Made by a program: the position numbers and the translations under genes. Shown here one piece after another: positions 59,031 to 64,000 of a stretch of 64,000 nucleotides of DNA. Each line of letters starts with the position of its first letter. The first letter of the stretch is position 1. Below the pieces are notes generated by a model, which did no database searches, was not told the origin of the DNA, and was given only the letters and a program-made list of their open reading frames with translations. Origin of the DNA: Candidatus Zhuqueibacterota bacterium (GTDB taxonomy: Bacteria; Zhuqueibacterota; Zhuqueibacteria; Thermofontimicrobiales; Thermofontimicrobiaceae); the NCBI GenBank assembly GCA_049322915.1, contig JBMOPW010000016.1, positions 103,971-167,970 on the forward strand, in the 5' to 3' direction.

Positions 59031-59870
59031 ATGAAAATCTCTGTAGCCAGTGGCAAAGGCGGCACCGGCAAAACAACCATCGCGGTGAATCTTGCGCTGT
59101 CCATTGGCAATAATGTCCAGGTCATCGATTGCGATGTGGAAGAGCCCAATGCGCATATTTTTTTGAAGCCCGTGATAGATAAAGTTGAATCGGTTGGGGT
59201 GCCCATCCCTGAAGTGGACAAATCCCGATGCACATTCTGCGGCAAATGCAAAGAAGTGTGTCAGTACAATGCGCTGTTCGTGATTAAAGACAATATCCTG
59301 GTTTTCCCTGAATTGTGCCACTCGTGCGCCGGCTGCTGGCTGATTTGTCCGCAGCAGTGCATTTCACAGACTGAAAAAGTCATCGGGGAGATCGAACAGG
59401 GCAGATCGGATCATATCGACTTCATCCACGGTCGCCTTCAGATTGGGGGCGTGCTGGTACCTCCATTGATTCGCGCGGTGAAAAAACGGATGGATCCCCA
59501 AAAAACCGTGATCATCGATGCGCCGCCGGGCACTTCCTGCCCGGTCATCGAGGCCATCAAAAAAACGGATTTCGTCATTCTTGTCACTGAGCCCACGCCG
59601 TTCGGACTTCATGATTTGAAATTAGCAGTGGAGATGGTTCGCCTGCTGCACATTCCTTTTGGCGTGGTGATCAATCGGGCGGATATTGGCAACGACGCCA
59701 TCGAAGTCTATTGCCAAGCGGAACAAATCCCGGTATTGATGCGGCTGAATCACGACCGCAACATTGCTGAGGCCTATTCTGAAGGCACGCCATTCACGCT
59801 GGTCTTTCCTGAATACAGGGAAAAATTCAGAAAACTCTATGCGGATATTCAGCGGAGGGTCGCGCCATGA
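59031..59870 (+). CDS. MinD-like P-loop ATPase with inserted 2x[4Fe-4S] domain
   Basis: SGKGGTGKTT, DCDVEEPN, CTFCGKC..VC, CHSCAGC..IC, DAPPGTSCP. Confidence 0.92.
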   Translation: MKISVASGKGGTGKTTIAVNLALSIGNNVQVIDCDVEEPNAHIFLKPVIDKVESVGVPIPEVDKSRCTFCGKCKEVCQYNALFVIKDNILVFPELCHSCAGCWLICPQQCISQTEKVIGEIEQGRSDHIDFIHGRLQIGGVLVPPLIRAVKKRMDPQKTVIIDAPPGTSCPVIEAIKKTDFVILVTEPTPFGLHDLKLAVEMVRLLHIPFGVVINRADIGNDAIEVYCQAEQIPVLMRLNHDRNIAEAYSEGTPFTLVFPEYREKFRKLYADIQRRVAP

Positions 59871-60739
59871 AAGAACTGACAATTATCAGCGGCAAAGGCG
59901 GCACTGGCAAAACGAGCATCACAGGCTCTTTTGCAGCATTGGCGAAAAATAAAGTGATGGCCGACTGCGATGTGGATGCGGCGGACCTCCACCTGATCCT
60001 CAAACCTGAAATAAAACAGCGATCGGATTTTTCCGGAGGTAAAGTGGCTTCGATCAATCCGGATGCCTGCACCGGTTGCGGAAAATGTGTGGAAGTGTGC
60101 CAGTTCAATGCCATCAGCGACGATTTTGTGGTTGACCCTGTCTCCTGCGAGGGCTGCTCGGTCTGCGTTCATTTTTGCCCGGTCAATGCCATTGACTTCG
60201 ACGCAGTGGTCAACGGCGAATGGTATATTTCAGAGACGCGATTCGGGCCGATGGTTCACGCTCGGTTGGGAATTGCCGAAGAGAATTCCGGCAAACTGGT
60301 CTCTGTGGTGAGGCAGCAAGCCAGACAGTTGGCTGAACAACGGGGATTGGAATTAATTATCGTTGATGGGGCTCCGGGAGTCGGCTGCCCGGTCATTTCT
60401 TCGCTCACCGGGACGCAGGCTGTACTCATTGTCACGGAACCGACTCTGTCCGGCATGCACGATTTGAAGCGGGTTGTCGAACTCTCCAGGGAACATTTCA
60501 ACATTCCGACCTATGTCTGCATCAATAAATTTGATCTTAATGTGCGAGTGAGCGACCAGATTGAGTCATTTTGCAGGGAGCAGAATATCGTGCTGGTTGG
60601 CAAAATTCACTACGACACTGTATTCACTCAGGCGATGATCCACGAAAAAACAGTCGTGGAGTACTCGCGCGGTGAGGTGACGAAAGATCTCCAGGCCATC
60701 TGGGATCGACTCAAGGCAGATTTAAATCTGAACGAATAG
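59867..60739 (+). CDS. MinD-like P-loop ATPase with inserted 2x[4Fe-4S] domain (paralog)
   Basis: SGKGGTGKTS, DCDVDAAD, two ferredoxin motifs, ENSGKLV, DGAPGVGCP. Confidence 0.92.
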   Translation: MKELTIISGKGGTGKTSITGSFAALAKNKVMADCDVDAADLHLILKPEIKQRSDFSGGKVASINPDACTGCGKCVEVCQFNAISDDFVVDPVSCEGCSVCVHFCPVNAIDFDAVVNGEWYISETRFGPMVHARLGIAEENSGKLVSVVRQQARQLAEQRGLELIIVDGAPGVGCPVISSLTGTQAVLIVTEPTLSGMHDLKRVVELSREHFNIPTYVCINKFDLNVRVSDQIESFCREQNIVLVGKIHYDTVFTQAMIHEKTVVEYSRGEVTKDLQAIWDRLKADLNLNE

Positions 60740-60750
60740 AGGATTTTCAA

Positions 60751-61233
60751 TTGTCGGGTAAAATTGAAGTAACGCCCATTGGTATTATTCGTACTCCGTA
60801 CACGGAGCCTCGCGACATCCCCATTCAGGGTACCTTCAAAGCGGATGTCGAAGGCTGGATTGAGCTTGCGCCGGAATATGAACAAGGATTGAAAGACCTG
60901 GGTGGTTTCAGTCATGTGATTCTCATTTATTATTTTCACCGGACGCGCGAAGTGAAATTGCAGGCAAAGCCGTATCTCGAAGATGCAGAGCATGGAATCT
61001 TTGCCATTCGCAGTTCGAACCGGCCCAATCATCTGGGACTATCGATCGTTAAAGTGGTTCGGATTGAAAAGAATGTATTGTTTTTCAGCGAAGTGGACAT
61101 GCTGGACGGTACGCCGCTGCTGGATATTAAACCCTATTGCCGCTATTTTGATTCGCGGGAAAATACAGTGTGCGGCTGGATAGAGAAACATTTTGAAAAT
61201 AATCAGGTGCCCGAGCGAACCATCCTTCATTGA
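60751..61233 (+). CDS. trmO: TsaA/TrmO-family tRNA methyltransferase-like protein
   Basis: PIGIIRTPY, FSH...YYFH, GIFA.RS..RPN.LGLS, LDGTPLLDIKPY. Confidence 0.88.
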   Translation: MSGKIEVTPIGIIRTPYTEPRDIPIQGTFKADVEGWIELAPEYEQGLKDLGGFSHVILIYYFHRTREVKLQAKPYLEDAEHGIFAIRSSNRPNHLGLSIVKVVRIEKNVLFFSEVDMLDGTPLLDIKPYCRYFDSRENTVCGWIEKHFENNQVPERTILH

Positions 61234-61501
61234 AAAGCGTTGAATGATTGCACCTTTTAAATTCGGCACGTGTGAATGGTCTGCCGGTAATAAAAACCGT
61301 CGACCCGTTCTGCATTTCACTCAATTCCTGACCTTGTCGAGTTGAGAAAGTCAAATAAAAAATCGCATTGCTGAAAATTCGATCACCGAGATGCCGGAAC
61401 GAGAGTAATGTTCCGTGAACAGCAAATCTTCCACTGCCAGGACACTGAATTATTAATCCCTGCAAAGGACTCGAACAGCAATAAACCAACAGGAGAAGCG
61501 T

Positions 61502-61897
61502 ATGAAAGTTGCAATTTCAACAGATAGCGGTCATGTATCAGCTCATTTCGGACGATGTCCGGAATTTACAATTTGCACGATTGAGGATGGCAAGGTAGTC
61601 CGAAAAGAGATAATAGCCAATCCGGGGCATCAGCCGGGATTTTTGCCGCAGTTTTTTGGAGATCAGGGAGTCCATGTGGTAATTGCCGGCGGCGCCGGTC
61701 AGAGAGCGCAATCGCTATTTACTGAAAAAAACATACAGCTTATTTTAGGCGCTGTTGGCACGATTGATCAGGTTCTGAATGAGCTTTGCCAGGGCACATT
61801 GGTTGGCGGTGAAAGCCTCTGTCAGCCAGGCGTTGGAAAGGGCTATGGCGTAGAAAAAGATGAATGCGATCACGGCGGTGATCATCACCATCATTAA
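61502..61897 (+). CDS. NifB/NifX family protein with His-rich tail
   Basis: VSAHFGRCP.F, NPGHQPGFLP, IAGG.G.RA; ends CDHGGDHHHH. Confidence 0.9.
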   Translation: MKVAISTDSGHVSAHFGRCPEFTICTIEDGKVVRKEIIANPGHQPGFLPQFFGDQGVHVVIAGGAGQRAQSLFTEKNIQLILGAVGTIDQVLNELCQGTLVGGESLCQPGVGKGYGVEKDECDHGGDHHHH

Positions 61898-61937
61898 ACC
61901 GAATTCTCTTTGAAGGAAAATTTTAGGAGAACACAGT

Positions 61938-62180
61938 ATGCCCACCTATGTCTATCGATGTAACACCTGCGGATTTGAATTTGAAAAGTTACAGTCGATG
62001 ACCGACGCTGCGCTCACTGCATGTCCGCAGGCAGGTTGCTCCGGATCCGTCTTGAGGGTGATAACCGGCGGCGGTGGCTGGCTGATGAAAAGCAACACCA
62101 GTCACAGCGGCCAGCACGAAACCTGTTGTTCCAAAGGCGAACCGTGCGACCATCCCAAAAGATGTTGTGAACATGATTGA
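61938..62180 (+). CDS. FmdB-family zinc-ribbon protein
   Basis: MPTYVYRCNTCG..FE...CP..GC; Cys/His-rich tail. Confidence 0.88.
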   Translation: MPTYVYRCNTCGFEFEKLQSMTDAALTACPQAGCSGSVLRVITGGGGWLMKSNTSHSGQHETCCSKGEPCDHPKRCCEHD

Positions 62181-62192
62181 TTGTTGATGCAA

Positions 62193-62224
62193 TAAAAAAG
62201 GCTACCTTGTGGGGTAGCCTTTTT
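62193..62224. terminator. Bidirectional intrinsic terminator
   Basis: A-run, GGCTACC-TTGTGG-GGTAGCC, T-run, between convergent genes. Confidence 0.85.
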
Positions 62225-62246
62225 CGTTGTAAATTTCTCTACATTG

Positions 62247-62951
62247 TTATAAGTTCGTACTACGGTATTTATCCCACAGCTTCATAATGGCTGGAATATA
62301 ATTTCGGGTCTCTGAAAATAATATTCCATCGGCTTTGTCCTTTTTAATCCACAGAGAAGCTTGTTTCTCGCCCCCGTTGTAAGCGGCCAGCCCGCCATCA
62401 ATCCCGTAATAGGAAATGAGCGTTGAAAGATATCTGCAGCCCATCCGAATGTTGTAGATTGGATTGGTCAATGTTTCATCGGCGCTTGTCCAGACGATGT
62501 CCTCGTATTTAGCGAGGTACACACCCGTTGCCGGCATAATTTGCATCAATCCGATCGCACCGGCCGGTGACACGACATTTGGATTCCAGGTCTGGGCCGA
62601 TTCGTGAGTGATGGTCGCGCAAATCAGATCAACATCCAGATTGGTATATTTCAGGCTCAGGTTATAAATCTCATTGGCCAGATCATATTTATCAACCGAC
62701 GAAATTTCCTTATTATAAATGTCGACGATGGACATTATTTTCTGGATGTTGTATTGCCGCTGACTATCCACGCTCATGGCAGCGCGAAGATTATTCACCG
62801 CGTGCTCAAGGCTCATCATTTTTTGTTTGGTTTCATCCGTCGTATCGAAATACTTATAGGTGAAACCAATGACTGTAATCGATATAAGAACAATCAGAAG
62901 AATTTTCAACGGAAGTTGAATATATCGATATAGTGGGATGTCTTTTCTCAT
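62247..62951 (-). CDS. Lytic transglycosylase (SLT domain), membrane-anchored
   Basis: ITHES, SPAGAIGLMQIMPAT, AAYNGG, ETRNY. Confidence 0.92.
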   Translation of the reverse strand: MRKDIPLYRYIQLPLKILLIVLISITVIGFTYKYFDTTDETKQKMMSLEHAVNNLRAAMSVDSQRQYNIQKIMSIVDIYNKEISSVDKYDLANEIYNLSLKYTNLDVDLICATITHESAQTWNPNVVSPAGAIGLMQIMPATGVYLAKYEDIVWTSADETLTNPIYNIRMGCRYLSTLISYYGIDGGLAAYNGGEKQASLWIKKDKADGILFSETRNYIPAIMKLWDKYRSTNL

Positions 62952-63528
62952 CGTGTTATCTCCTTTATCTTAAACAAATAATTTCAATGTTAGCAACAAC
63001 CTACGAACCGCAATTTTTGTTTTTAAAAACTTTGATGTTAAACGTAGTATTTTTTATTAAGTTTCATTTAAATAGGGAAATTTCGTTTTCAATGTTCAAT
63101 GAGCATTAACTTGCAAATATAGCAATCCTTTCTTTGTTAGCTTAATGTATCTTTTTTTAGACAATGTCAATGTGATTCAAATCAAATTTTTTACTTGAAA
63201 ATAATATGTGTTACAAACTAATTATAAAATTAACAATCGAATGAGTGTTAATAACTATTAAGTGCTTATAAACAAAGAAACAATCTTCTGAATTGAACAA
63301 TTTTTAACAATGTGCGTCACAATAACTTTAAATTTTCATGGTGATTTTCCACCGCGATAGCGACGTCATGGACAAGTCGCCACAGAAAGCCTGATGCGGG
63401 ATTTACTCCTGCCAGTGCAATCTGATGAGGCAGACTCGGGCCCGGCGCATCCAGTGGAGGCCAGAAAGATGGTTTGCGCATCATTCAGTTGGACGAAATT
63501 TTACCTCAGTCGGTTACGTTGCCTGTGT

Positions 63529-64000
63529 TCAAGAGCGAATGGGCTGCACCATATTTTCCGGTTTTAAAATGTGGTCCAACTGCTCACGGGAAAGGTATCC
63601 TTTCTCTAATACAATATCGTACACTTTTCTCCCGGAGCTTAGCGCTTCTTTTGCAACTTCGCTACTTTTTTCATACCCAATGTAGGGATTCAGTGCCGTC
63701 ACGAGGCCGATGCTACTCTCCACCAAATCCCGAGCGTGCTGTTTGTTGGCTGAAATGCCTTTCACCGTTCGTTCGCTCAGAACAATGCACGCCTGGCGCA
63801 GATGATTGATACTGCTGAACAGCGAATAAGCAATGATCGGCTCCATGACATTCAATTGAAGCTGCCCTGCTTCAGCGGCCATAGTCACAGTCACATCATG
63901 GCCGACCACTTCGAATGCCACCTGATTCACCACTTCGGGAATGACCGGATTCACTTTGCCCGGCATGATGCTGCTGCCCGGTTGCATGGGCGGCAGGTTG
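63529..64000 (-). CDS. aspA: Aspartate ammonia-lyase (C-terminal part; 5' end outside window)
   Basis: QPGSSIMPGKVNPVIPEVVNQ, AEAGQLQLNVMEP, LNPYIGYE. Confidence 0.9.
   Translation of the reverse strand, partial: NLPPMQPGSSIMPGKVNPVIPEVVNQVAFEVVGHDVTVTMAAEAGQLQLNVMEPIIAYSLFSSINHLRQACIVLSERTVKGISANKQHARDLVESSIGLVTALNPYIGYEKSSEVAKEALSSGRKVYDIVLEKGYLSREQLDHILKPENMVQPIRS

Noticed and set aside
53532..61897. Nitrogen fixation inferred from NifB/NifX-family genes
   Set aside because: No nifHDK/ENB in the window; these are MTH1175/Orange-protein-type family members common in non-diazotrophs.
63415..63475. CTGATGAG...GAAA as a hammerhead ribozyme
   Set aside because: I could not form stem II or the closing stems around the core.

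Overview
Bacterial chromosomal window. The gene content (UPF0164/PorV-like proteins, FlgD-Ig/T9SS-like C-terminal domains, TonB receptor, heptose kinase, tungsten-type AOR) suggests a Gram-negative anaerobic FCB-group organism such as a KSB1/Calditrichota-like lineage; this is inference. It holds about 45 protein genes and one tRNA-Val(CAC): trxA, ptsI, cca, nnr, an ECF sigma factor, five exported peptidases (two M1, TPPII-like S8, tricorn S41, M14), a TBDR/secreted-protein/PorV operon, a putative DNA-repair group, an aor-moaD-mntP operon, a sigma54-preceded Orange-protein-like cluster, an SLT and the 3' end of aspA. Several features are absent from the ORF track. (1) Two tandem Trp-codon leader-peptide attenuators (565-1024, minus strand) lie ahead of an edge-truncated SbnI/SerK-like free-serine kinase gene, suggesting a Trp-regulated O-phosphoserine supply, possibly for TrpB2. 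(2) Four non-autonomous MITE-like families are nested four deep at 31.1-31.8 kb. (3) A carboxypeptidase appears to have its propeptide encoded as a separate lipoprotein. (4) An FmdB zinc-ribbon gene has an in-frame TAG. (5) Promoters repeatedly use a TATATT -10 hexamer. All family assignments come from motif recognition by eye; no database search was run.
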